Shown here: piece after piece, positions 28,848-38,358 of the stretch
Position numbering within the stretch: the first letter of the stretch is position 1
How the letters are laid out: each line of letters begins with the position of its first letter
IMG/VR virus record: IMGVR_UViG_3300021431_000075
Coordinates: 256,001 to 320,000 of that record
DNA length: 64,000 bases
DNA from: a virus
Taxonomy: Duplodnaviria > Caudoviricetes
Direction: 5' to 3' (one strand)
Notes under the pieces: model-generated
Seen by the model: only the letters and a program-made list of their open reading frames with translations
Database searches by the model: none
What the model was told of the DNA's origin: nothing
Translations under genes and position numbers: made by a program

Positions 28848-29850
28848 TTTATGATACTTGTTATGACATAGTATATATCTTTAAAATATTTCATTATAAA
28901 GAATCTTTATCTTTGCATTGTGATATGAATTTATTAAAAACTGATACTATGTTTATATTTTATAATATAAAGAATAAAAAATAATTTATGAATTATAACA
29001 TTTCGGCAGAATGCATGCCGGCGACGAGAGCATGAGTCCTAATGATCGTTAAGCGGTTTACCATGCTCTGTCCATGCATAAATAAATGGTCAAACATCTG
29101 AACATCTAATATATGGAAAACATCAGATCCAGGCAGGCTGACAGGGAGACCGAGCAGTGGATTCGCAATCTTGTCCACTTGACTGTGGAACATTTCCGGG
29201 ACTCGTCTCTGCGTGAACGAAACCGGATTCACATCAGGAAGCACAGGCTTCCGTTCATGCGCCGCTGATTTCCATCATCCGGTTTTCCGGAAAAAAAGCA
29301 GCGAAAGTTTTCCGGATTCTTTTCCAGACTTTCCGGAACAGTTCGTTCAGCAGAGTGAATGCGTTTTCCTGGATCGCAAAAATCTGCTGAAGGATTCGCA
29401 GGATCGAAACGATGTTCCATGGTTTCTGACCGGAAAACATATTCGGTTTCACTCGTCATCCGGTCAGGAATCCGCGGTTCCTTTCATTATGTGTAAGGAT
29501 TCTTTAACATTTGGTTTCCGGATAAAACCTAACAATTCCTAATGCCTGCCGTATACGCGCGAGAGATGTTCTGAACGGTTTTTTCATGAGTGCGGATTCA
29601 CCCGCGGTTCCTTTGCTCCCGCAGTCAAAGAATCCGGTTTCCGGGACCGCAGTTCCATATATTCCGGACCGGAAACGAAAATACAAGTTTTCACAAAACG
29701 GCAGGAAATCCGTAGATTTCCGGCTCATCACTTCTGTACGGTTCCGTAGTTTTGGGACGGAAAACAAAAATACAAGTTTTCATGAAACGGTCCGGAATCC
29801 GTACATTTTCATAGCTCTCTTATTTTTTCAGGAGCTTGTTGAAACGCCGT

Positions 29851-30180
29851 GATATATAATATATTTATATATTATATATCTATAGCAAAGGCTGAATTTA
29901 ACAAAAATTTGGTTAATTTTATGAAAATTATGTTAATTTTTGTTAATTTTAACATAAATTTTGTTAAGAAATGTTAAACGGTGTTAAAGAAAGTTAAAGA
30001 AACCAAAATCTTTAGCTAACTTTAGCTAAAGTTAATTAAAATTAGCTAAATTTTAACATTTATTAACAATTATTAACAGATTTAACAATTATTAGGATTC
30101 TTTAGCTTAAGATTTTTTAACAAATCCTAAATTTAACAGAAATTAGGATTCCGGAACAGAGTTAGGAATCATTAACAGAT
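29851..30180. repeat. AT-rich array of TTAAC/GTTAA boxes, preceded by a near-perfect 30-bp palindrome
   Basis: gatatataatatatttatatattatatatc at 29851-29880, then roughly 15 or more ttaac/gttaa boxes. Confidence 0.8.
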
Positions 30181-31159
30181 TATTCAAGCCAAGTTCCAAA
30201 TTCCGAACTGTTGGTCTGCTGAACCGGGCTATCACGGTTCGTCGGTTGCGGTTCCCGGGCAGCAAGGTACCGGCTGAACAGTTTGGACAAGGCACCGGTC
30301 CGGATGTTCAAGGTTCACGGCAGGCAGGTCTCTCTACTCTGCTGTCTGCAAGCAGCGGCATCGGGCATGCTCAATCCGTTGTCTGTATGATGGAGTCTGC
30401 TGCAGACAAGAATCCGGTTCAATGGTTAAACAAAATCTGATGAGTAACAGTTTCAAATGCAACCATTGACAGTCATTCATGGTTATAACGGTTCAAAACG
30501 CAACCATTACATCTGTTGAACGGCACCGGTTCCAGAGATTTCAATGCAGCATTGTGCAGGCTGAATCCGGTTTGACGGACCGGCAATCCGGTTCTGTTTG
30601 TTAGCAACAAGCGGAACGTGTCCGGCATCTCACGGGATGGCAATGCAGTGTCGGATGAAACCGGATTCGCTTCCAGATTCGCTGCACGGGTCCTGCATGG
30701 CGCCATGTCTTGGCTTTGTGCTCCTTCAGGCAAAAGAACCGCATACTGCATATGGAGTCCTTGTGCAACGGTTGTCATCCGTTCAGCAGTCGCCACCTGT
30801 TCGGTAACGGTGAACGGCGCATGGTCGTTGAACGGTTCTGTGCAATGGAGCCTGATTTGGCACCAGATTCGCTGCGTACGGCTTTTTCATCATCCGGATG
30901 CTCTCTTGGCAGTCTTGACTTCCGAAAGCGTCCCTGGATGCGTTTTTAGTACATGCCGCCTTGCCGTCTCTATGGTTGGGCGCGGAACATCCACATCCGC
31001 TTCGGATGCTTGAACCTGCCATTCAATGTCTTTGTATCAGGAGACGTCGGTTCAAGCCCGCTCTCTGAGCAAGCGGTCCGGTTCAATGCGTCGATGCAGA
31101 AGCAGTGGAATATGACATCCGCATATGTTCGCACATATGAATGTCGGGAATATCCAAAT

Positions 31160-31264
31160 CCGATAACCGGTTATCGGGGATATTTGAATATCCGTGCGAT
31201 ATCCAGATATATTCCGATATTCAAATGTCGGGGATATTTAAATATCGGCGATATTTAAATATCG
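31160..31264. promoter_or_regulatory. Cluster of GATATTTAAATATC palindromes (operator-like)
   Basis: Perfect copies at 31233-31246 and 31250-31263, variants at 31178 and 31215; same motif at 15795-15829. Confidence 0.7.
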
Positions 31265-31318
31265 TCAAAAAAGAGCTATATTTTGATGAAAAACGCGCTT
31301 TCAGAGCCTGAAAACGCG

Positions 31319-31870
31319 TCAAATCGAGAATTTTGCCTGCCTGATGCCGCCCTTCTGGGCTGTCCGGACTATCTTAAGCCCCCTTTTCCTGTACTTGTCA
31401 AGGGAATCGAGCGAAGCCAGCAGGTCCGACACCTTCTTGCACAGTATTCCGAGGTTTTCCGTGAACGAGAGCGCGAAATCGTAGCGCTGGGACCCTATGA
31501 CAAGCCTTGCGGAACCGTAGTGGCAGTCGATCGCGGCGAGGTTTCCAGTTTTCGACACCGCGAACAGCAGCCTGTACGTCCCGAACCACGGAACGTTGTC
31601 CGCTATGTACGAGTTGCAGAACGACTGCATGATCAGCTCGCCCCTTTCCGTACACAGTCCGTATGTTCCGGGGTCCTTCGCGAAGAGGTACCTGCGGATT
31701 TCCTCTATTGAGTCCGGATTGTTCATGTTTATCTGGTCGTCGAGCCATCTCTGTACGGACGGCACCACGGACGATGTCAGCTTCTCCGACAGCATCCTGT
31801 AAACATGCTTGGAAAGGGTCCTCATGACGGACTCGTACAGCCGTTTCTTGTGTGTTCTTGAAAGTCTCAT
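31319..31870 (-). CDS. LYESVMR-leader protein with a unique body
   Basis: MRLSRTHKKRLYESVMRTLSKHVYRMLSE; GATAAATA at 31876-31883. Confidence 0.75.
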   Translation of the reverse strand: MRLSRTHKKRLYESVMRTLSKHVYRMLSEKLTSSVVPSVQRWLDDQINMNNPDSIEEIRRYLFAKDPGTYGLCTERGELIMQSFCNSYIADNVPWFGTYRLLFAVSKTGNLAAIDCHYGSARLVIGSQRYDFALSFTENLGILCKKVSDLLASLDSLDKYRKRGLKIVRTAQKGGIRQAKFSI

Positions 31871-31881
31871 CAGTCTATTTA

Positions 31882-33654
31882 TCAAATTAGCGCGACGAAT
31901 TCCCCGTCCGTGTCCATCGCGGGACCGTTCCCGTAGTCTGTCAGCAGGGTTCCGTCGCCGATGGGAACGTACCGGTTCCTGTCCGCGAACCAGTCCGGAT
32001 CGACAAGCCTGCCCTGCGTGTCAATGTAGTTCGTCCTGATGACGGCCTGGTTGCCGTCGAAGCATAATGTCCTGACCTGCGCGAACCCGTCCGCGAACGG
32101 CATCGCGTCCTCGAAGAATGTTTCCGAAAGCAGGCGTCCGGTCCTGTCTATGAAGTTCCAGCCGTTGAGCTGCCGTAATCTGTCGTCCGACGCCGTGATG
32201 CAAACAGCGGCAAACCCCCCGCTGAACGGCTTCGCGTCCGTGATGGCGCACCCGATGTCCAGGGCTGTCATGCCGAAGTCCCTCGCGTAGTCGAGCATGA
32301 CTTCGGTTCCGCTCCTGTCTGTCAGGCGGTCTATCAGCTTTCCGTCAGCGCCTATGAAAGTCTTCGCGCCGGAGCCTCCGGTCTCGACAATCCCGAATCC
32401 GTCCCTGAATTCCGAGGCGTTCACGAACCACCGGTCCGAAAGGAGCCTTCCGTCCGTTCCGACATAGTTGAACAGTCCGTTGTTCTTGACGATTCCGAAT
32501 CCGCCAGAGAACCCGTAGCACCTCTGGAAGCCGGGCTTCAGCAGGAAGTTCCCGTTTCCGTCGATGTAGTTCCACATGCCTGATGCGCGCCGCACGGCTC
32601 CGAATCCCCCGCGGAACGCCTCCGCTCGGTCAAGCCTCTCCGGGGACAGCACGGTTCCGCCCTTGTCCACGTAGTTGTATCCGAAGGTCTCATGTCGGCT
32701 GTTCTCGTACCGTATGACAGCGAAGCCTTCGCTGAACCGCTCCGGCACATACCCGTCCGGCTCAAGGACGGTGTTCCCGTTCTTGTCTATGAACACGTAT
32801 TTCCCTGCTGTATAGTCGAAAACCCTTGCGACCCCGTCGCTGAAGTCGTCCGCCTTGTAGAACCCATTGCCGAACATGACGTTGCCGCTCTCGTCTATGA
32901 AGTTGTACCGGCTCTCCTGCGGCGCGCCGGAAATGCAGACCTTCGCGCATCCGTTGCTGAAGCTTCCGCACTCGCTGAACTCGAATCCTGTTATGAGACC
33001 GTGTCCGCGCCTTGCGTATGCATAGTCGGAACCGTCTATCCTGGTCACGAGCGTGCCATTGTCCGACACGAGCCTTGCGAAAGAGCGGACTATCTCTTTC
33101 CGTGCGGCATCCCTGCCCGTGCCCGGGAACACGCATGATATGAAATCGTCCCAGCCTTCCATGGAAAGTATCCGGATCTTGCCGGTGCCGTCGTCCGTGT
33201 ACGAGAATATGACAGCCGGGGAGCTTTCGCCGTTGACAACGGACACGGACACCTTGTACCGGATTGATGACGAATCCTCGGGCATGGTCCTCGGGAACGC
33301 CATGCGGACGAGCAGGTCGCAGAACCTCCCGACGCTCCCGTCCACGGAAATTCCGTCTATGAGTATCACCTTCGCGTCAGCCGGCGAGTCGTCGAACCTG
33401 TATCCCTTCCTGACATCCGGCTTTCCGCCGCCGTTCCTCATGTACCATCCGGCGGCGCTCCTGACTTGACCGAGCACCGCTTCCGGAGTGGTTATCCGCG
33501 CAATCCACTGCCGCAGGAACTCGACAGAGAGCGGAACCACCCTCGCGCCATTCCCGGCAGAATCGTCCGCAGGGAGATCCGAGTCAGTGACCTCGTCCGC
33601 CTCGACCCTGTCAAGCAGGCTCTCCGACATGTATCTGAACCGTTTCGTTTCCAT
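31882..33654 (-). CDS. WG-repeat protein (ESLLD leader)
   Basis: Start METKRFRYMSESLLDRVEADEV; F.EG.A.V..YNYID..G repeats; ends GEFVALI. Confidence 0.9.
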   Translation of the reverse strand: METKRFRYMSESLLDRVEADEVTDSDLPADDSAGNGARVVPLSVEFLRQWIARITTPEAVLGQVRSAAGWYMRNGGGKPDVRKGYRFDDSPADAKVILIDGISVDGSVGRFCDLLVRMAFPRTMPEDSSSIRYKVSVSVVNGESSPAVIFSYTDDGTGKIRILSMEGWDDFISCVFPGTGRDAARKEIVRSFARLVSDNGTLVTRIDGSDYAYARRGHGLITGFEFSECGSFSNGCAKVCISGAPQESRYNFIDESGNVMFGNGFYKADDFSDGVARVFDYTAGKYVFIDKNGNTVLEPDGYVPERFSEGFAVIRYENSRHETFGYNYVDKGGTVLSPERLDRAEAFRGGFGAVRRASGMWNYIDGNGNFLLKPGFQRCYGFSGGFGIVKNNGLFNYVGTDGRLLSDRWFVNASEFRDGFGIVETGGSGAKTFIGADGKLIDRLTDRSGTEVMLDYARDFGMTALDIGCAITDAKPFSGGFAAVCITASDDRLRQLNGWNFIDRTGRLLSETFFEDAMPFADGFAQVRTLCFDGNQAVIRTNYIDTQGRLVDPDWFADRNRYVPIGDGTLLTDYGNGPAMDTDGEFVALI

Positions 33655-33671
33655 CCGCTTGTTTCCATTGT

Positions 33672-35405
33672 TTATATGAACGCGACGAACTCCCCGTCCG
33701 GGTCCATCGCGGAGCCGTATCCGTATTCCGAAAGCAGGCAGCCGTCCTCGGACATGCAGTACCTGGCCTTGACGCAGAACGAGTCGTCCTCCGGAATCAG
33801 AAGCTCTCCCCTCGTGTTTATGAAGTTGTAGAACTTGACCGGCGTGTTCTCCACCGCCATCTCCACCCTCGCGATTCCGTTCACGAACGGCTCGCAGTAC
33901 ATGAAGAACCGGTCGGACAGCATCTTTCCGTCCGGCTTCATGTAGTTCCACCTCTTTATGTATCCGAGGGACACGCACACCCTTGCCAGCCCGCCGCTGA
34001 ACGGATACGCGTCAGTTATCGTGACCCTCTTCCCGTTCACCGTCCTGTCGAAAATCTTCCTGCCGGACGTGTCGATGAAGTTGTACGACGGGTTCGGGAA
34101 CGTGTAGTCCGTGTCGGACACGACAGCCAGCCCCTCGCTGAACCTGCGTGCGACGGAGAACCTGTCCTTGCCCAGCATCTTTCCGTTCCTGTCGACGTAG
34201 TGGTACATCATGTCCCGGCGGACGACCCCGTATCCGCACGAGAACGGACCGCCGCACCAGTCGCATCCGTCGTCGAGCAGCATCGTCCCGTCCGTCCGCA
34301 TGTAGTTGAAGCGGTTCTCCGGCTTGTCCATGGACACCACAGCCATGCCCTCCGAGAAGTCGCCGCAGGAGTCGAACCAGCTGTCGGACAGGAGCCTTCC
34401 GTCCCTGCCGATGTAGTTGAACTTGTTCACGTTCTTTCCGTACCTCACGACGGCGAACCCCTCGTGGAATCCGCCTTCCGGCAGGTAGTTCGTATTCGAC
34501 ACGGTCTTTCCGTTCCGGTCTATCACGCGCATCGACGCCTTGCCGTTTGCCGCGGTCCCGACGACTGCAAGCCCGTCCCCGAAGTCAGACGCGTAGTCCT
34601 GCCACTCATCAAGCAGAACCTTTCCGTCCGCGCCGACATAGTTGTAGCCGTCCATGTACTTGTCTCCGTCCCAGTCCAGCCTCTTCACGAGGGCGAAGCC
34701 GTCGCAGAACTTCCTGCATGCGGTGAAGTCGAACCCCGTCAGGAGTCCGGAGCCGCTCAGGTAGGCCCACTTGTCCCCGTCCACGTTCGCTATGCACGTG
34801 CAGTCCTCCGTCTGGAACCTTGCGTACGCGCCGGCAATCGCGCCCTGCGCGCCCTTCCGGGTCAGTCCCAGCTTCGGAAACAGCTGCGACGCGAACTCGA
34901 ACCATCCGTGAACGGAGAACTTCTTGCATTCGCAGTCCTTCCTGTTGTCGAAGGTGTTGGTTATGAGTATCCTGCCGGAATCGGACGGAATGTACGCGTC
35001 CGGGTCTCCGAACGACACGACGACCTTGTAGTCCTTCATCGTGGTCTGGAAGCCGTCCCTCTGCATGACCATGCGCACGAGCAGGTCGCAGAACCTCTCG
35101 AACGGCGTGTCGCTGTACAGGCTGAACCTGACAAGTATGCGCTTCTTCGTCTTCTCGTCGAAGTCGTCGAACTTGCTGACATCCACGTCGCATGTGAACG
35201 GACTGCTCCTGAGGACCCCTGTGATCTGGAACAGCAATATGTTCGGCTGCACGTACTCGGTTATCCATCCGTAGTTGACAGTGACCGTGAACTCCATTGG
35301 GATGCTCGGTCTTGACTCTTCTTCTATGACATCTTCCGAGTCCTCGACCTCGTCGGCATCCACCGAATCGAGCAGGCTCTCTCTTATCTGATATGTTCGC
35401 GCCAT
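33672..35405 (-). CDS. WG-repeat protein (ESLLD leader)
   Basis: YQIRESLLDSVDADEVED; FCDLLVRM; WG repeats; ends GEFVAFI. Confidence 0.9.
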   Translation of the reverse strand: MARTYQIRESLLDSVDADEVEDSEDVIEEESRPSIPMEFTVTVNYGWITEYVQPNILLFQITGVLRSSPFTCDVDVSKFDDFDEKTKKRILVRFSLYSDTPFERFCDLLVRMVMQRDGFQTTMKDYKVVVSFGDPDAYIPSDSGRILITNTFDNRKDCECKKFSVHGWFEFASQLFPKLGLTRKGAQGAIAGAYARFQTEDCTCIANVDGDKWAYLSGSGLLTGFDFTACRKFCDGFALVKRLDWDGDKYMDGYNYVGADGKVLLDEWQDYASDFGDGLAVVGTAANGKASMRVIDRNGKTVSNTNYLPEGGFHEGFAVVRYGKNVNKFNYIGRDGRLLSDSWFDSCGDFSEGMAVVSMDKPENRFNYMRTDGTMLLDDGCDWCGGPFSCGYGVVRRDMMYHYVDRNGKMLGKDRFSVARRFSEGLAVVSDTDYTFPNPSYNFIDTSGRKIFDRTVNGKRVTITDAYPFSGGLARVCVSLGYIKRWNYMKPDGKMLSDRFFMYCEPFVNGIARVEMAVENTPVKFYNFINTRGELLIPEDDSFCVKARYCMSEDGCLLSEYGYGSAMDPDGEFVAFI

Positions 35406-35727
35406 AAGAATCTGTGATTTATAGACTATAAACTATTTATTGCCGGTTGATTGTTCGGTGATGTTCCGCATATGGATAAGCAGAAAACCGCATATCTCTT
35501 GCGAAACGTGCGTTAAACTGAAATCAGGTTCTATCTTTTAGACAGGACCCGTGAATGGTTCCGATAAGAAAGCCGTCGTCAACAGACAGCCTTTCGCAAT
35601 ATGACAATGCGCGCGCAATGTCCTGCAGTTTCCACTAAGCATGCGTCTCGAATCATCCGCTTGCGGAATCAACTTAAGCATCTTACGGTCTTGTATGAAT
35701 GTTGTATGATTATTATATGAAATTAGA

Positions 35728-35918
35728 AAACCTTAAATCTTGAAAACTTTAATACCTTGAATCTTTAATACCTTGAATACTTTAATACTTTAATACTTTA
35801 ATACTTTAATGCCTTGAATACCTTTAATCTGCTACACGCCACTTGAAAACTTTAATACCTTGAATACTTTAATACTTTAATACTTTAATACCTTGAAATC
35901 TTGAATCCTTAAAATACC
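35728..35918. repeat. Minisatellite of 8-9-nt units (AATACTTT / AATACCTTG)
   Basis: About 20 units in two blocks. Confidence 0.9.
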
Positions 35919-36055
35919 CTATGACATGCCGTCGCCTCCTGCACGGCTCCGTTGCCGCTCGAATCAGGCATGCCTTCATAATTATATATCATCGGTTTTT
36001 TCAAAAAGTTTAAATTTCCCTGAAATTTTTACTCAATGACGCATATTTGTATATG

Positions 36056-36088
36056 AAAAAGCCGGATTCCTCCGCAGAACCCGGCTTC
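36056..36088 (-). terminator. Rho-independent terminator
   Basis: aagccgg...ccggctt with a U-run on the minus strand. Confidence 0.7.
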
Positions 36089-36110
36089 TCTGTTCACTTT
36101 CGCAGCCGTG

Positions 36111-37778
36111 TCACACGCATGACACCTGCGAGCCGTCCGTGCCGAACCTTATGCAGCGCGCCCCGTCCGTGGTCTGGAAGAACCCGTCCCTGAGCACCGG
36201 GACCGAGAACTCCGCGCCGAACATCTCGTCGATGACGGTCTTTCCGTCATACGCGACGATGGACCAGCGCCCGCTCGGCCTGACGACGCAGATCATCCCG
36301 GCATCCTCGTAGTCCGCGACAATCTCCCCGTCGCAGACCGCGGTCCCCGTCGCCGCGCTCATCACGGTCATGTTCCTCCTGACGAGGTTCGCGGAACTGC
36401 ACACCTGCACGAACCTCCCGTTGAATACGCTGGCGTTCCTGAAGCCGTGCGCGGACAGGAACTTTCCGGAGGTGTCCGCGACGAAGAGCCTGTCCTTGCT
36501 GGTCCTCAGCAGCAGTATCCCGTGGCTCGGCAGGCTGACTCTCGCGAACCAGTCCCTGAAGAGAAGCCTCCCGTCCGGACCGACCGCGTTCTCCTTCCCG
36601 TCGTGCGCGCCCCAGACCTTCATGTCGGACACGACTCCGGCGCCGTCCGAGAACCCGGTTGCCATCCGGTACCACCTGCCGAGCAGCAGGGTCCCTTGCG
36701 GCACCCTGACGTAGTTCGCCGCCGTGACCCGCGTGCCGCCGTCGCGCTCCTCCCTGTACACGCGCGCCAGGCCGCTGCTCACGGGACCCAGGTACCAGCC
36801 CCAGTCCCGCAGCGCGGGCCTTCCCTCCGTGTCGACGAAGTTGCACTCCCTCTCCTTCCTCTTGACCCACGCGTACCCCTCGCTGAAGTATCCGGCAGCA
36901 GTCACGCCGGTCAGGTTCTTCTTAAGCAGGAGCGACCCGTCCCTGTTCACGAAGTTCCATTCACGGTTGTTCGACACCTCGCAAGGAATCGGCCAGTCGC
37001 CGGAGAGGCACACCTGCGACCCGTTATGGAACCACTGTCCGCACACCTCCGTGCCGTCGGGACGGATCAGGTTCCAGTCCAGACTGTCGTCCTTCACCAT
37101 CGCGACCCCGTCGCGGAACCTTGACACGGACTTGTACAGCCTGATCTCGGTCACGGTTCCGGAAGCGCTCACGGCGAACGCCCTCCGGCGCCCATTGCCG
37201 AGGGACCACCAGACGCAGAAGTCGTCGCCGAGCCTGTCCGCAAGCGCATTGTACTGCCGGGAGTTCCTCACGACAGCCTTCGAGACCGCGCTGAACACGT
37301 CCGCGGTGCCGGCGCCGCCACCGGAGAACCTTCCGAACAGGCTCCCGACCGCGGACGGAGTGGACTGTATCCATATTCCGCTCTGCACCGTCTCGACAGT
37401 GAACCCGAACCTCGGCGTCAGCCCGACCCTTGTCTTGCGCCCTCCCGCCGCGCAGAACGCAGCCGCGATGAAGCCGCACATCCTTTCCGCGCAGATGTCC
37501 CCGGCGTTCACGTGGACGCGCACGTGGCGCTCCCTCGTCTCCTTGTCTATGAGGAACCTGTCGGTCAGCGTGCGTATGACGCGCCCGATGTACCTCGACG
37601 CGTAGTTGTCCACCGAGTGTATCCACACCTCGGTGTCGAAGTCGTCCTCCGACTCCGGCGCGGAAAGCGCGTCGTCATCCTCGACCTCGTCGGTCCCCAT
37701 GCCGTCGAGCAGGCTCTCGCAAAGAGCCGTGCAGTGCGGTCCGTATGCCGTGCCGTATCTGTATCGTGATGTTTCCAT
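36111..37778 (-). CDS. Divergent WG-repeat protein (ESLLD leader), GC-rich
   Basis: LCESLLDGMGTDEVEDD; FSEGYAWV, WNFV..DG repeats; CATAAATA at 37798-37805. Confidence 0.85.
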   Translation of the reverse strand: METSRYRYGTAYGPHCTALCESLLDGMGTDEVEDDDALSAPESEDDFDTEVWIHSVDNYASRYIGRVIRTLTDRFLIDKETRERHVRVHVNAGDICAERMCGFIAAAFCAAGGRKTRVGLTPRFGFTVETVQSGIWIQSTPSAVGSLFGRFSGGGAGTADVFSAVSKAVVRNSRQYNALADRLGDDFCVWWSLGNGRRRAFAVSASGTVTEIRLYKSVSRFRDGVAMVKDDSLDWNLIRPDGTEVCGQWFHNGSQVCLSGDWPIPCEVSNNREWNFVNRDGSLLLKKNLTGVTAAGYFSEGYAWVKRKERECNFVDTEGRPALRDWGWYLGPVSSGLARVYREERDGGTRVTAANYVRVPQGTLLLGRWYRMATGFSDGAGVVSDMKVWGAHDGKENAVGPDGRLLFRDWFARVSLPSHGILLLRTSKDRLFVADTSGKFLSAHGFRNASVFNGRFVQVCSSANLVRRNMTVMSAATGTAVCDGEIVADYEDAGMICVVRPSGRWSIVAYDGKTVIDEMFGAEFSVPVLRDGFFQTTDGARCIRFGTDGSQVSCV

Positions 37779-37869
37779 AGCCTTATAATATATAAGATAT
37801 TTATGCGGAAAATGCGGAGACCGGACCGTTGCAAGTCCAGTCTCCGCACTATCGGGGACGGTGCCGAAA

Positions 37870-38346
37870 TCAGCACTCCTCCTCTATCCCGTCTATCGGC
37901 TCTATTCGCCTCCAGTAGAGGACCGTGAACATCGGGCTGTTGCCGTCGTTGAACACGGTGTCCCACTCGTCTCCGCCGACATACTCGCCGTTCACGTACT
38001 CTATCACCCCGCGGTACACGTATCCCGCAAGCCAGCAGTTCTCTCCCGGTCTCGGGCGCCTGCCGCTCCTTCTCACGCTCACCCACTCTTCCGGACGGCT
38101 TCCCGGCTTTCCGAAGTCGCTGTCCGAGAGTCCGTACACCGGGTCGTCGTCCCGCGCCGTCCATCCGTCTCCGCCTTCCCTGACAAGGTCCTCGACCTCC
38201 CCTATCACGTAGTTGAGCACGTTGATTCCCTCTCCGCTTCCGCACTCCCTGAGGATGCGCTCGAGCCTTCCGAGTCCGTCGTCAAGGCTGTCCGGCCTGG
38301 TGAACTCGCCCCTGTTGGCGAAAGGCCTGTTGCTTCTGTTGTCCAT
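37870..38346 (-). CDS. Hypothetical protein
   Basis: ORF overlapping-coupled downstream of the HNH gene; WVSV..P..CW..VLYW. Confidence 0.65.
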   Translation of the reverse strand: MDNRSNRPFANRGEFTRPDSLDDGLGRLERILRECGSGEGINVLNYVIGEVEDLVREGGDGWTARDDDPVYGLSDSDFGKPGSRPEEWVSVRRSGRRPRPGENCWLAGYVYRGVIEYVNGEYVGGDEWDTVFNDGNSPMFTVLYWRRIEPIDGIEEEC

Positions 38347-38358
38347 ATTGCTGAATGA

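Noticed and set aside
28993-31258. Short ORFs in the 29-31 kb tract (likewise those at 42.4-45.7 kb)
   Set aside because: They overlap on both strands, have odd composition driven by repeated DNA words, and lack promoter or operon context.
33655-33978. N-terminal 108 aa of the 698-aa ORF 31882..33978
   Set aside because: It overlaps the upstream paralog out of frame; the family leader places the start at 33654.
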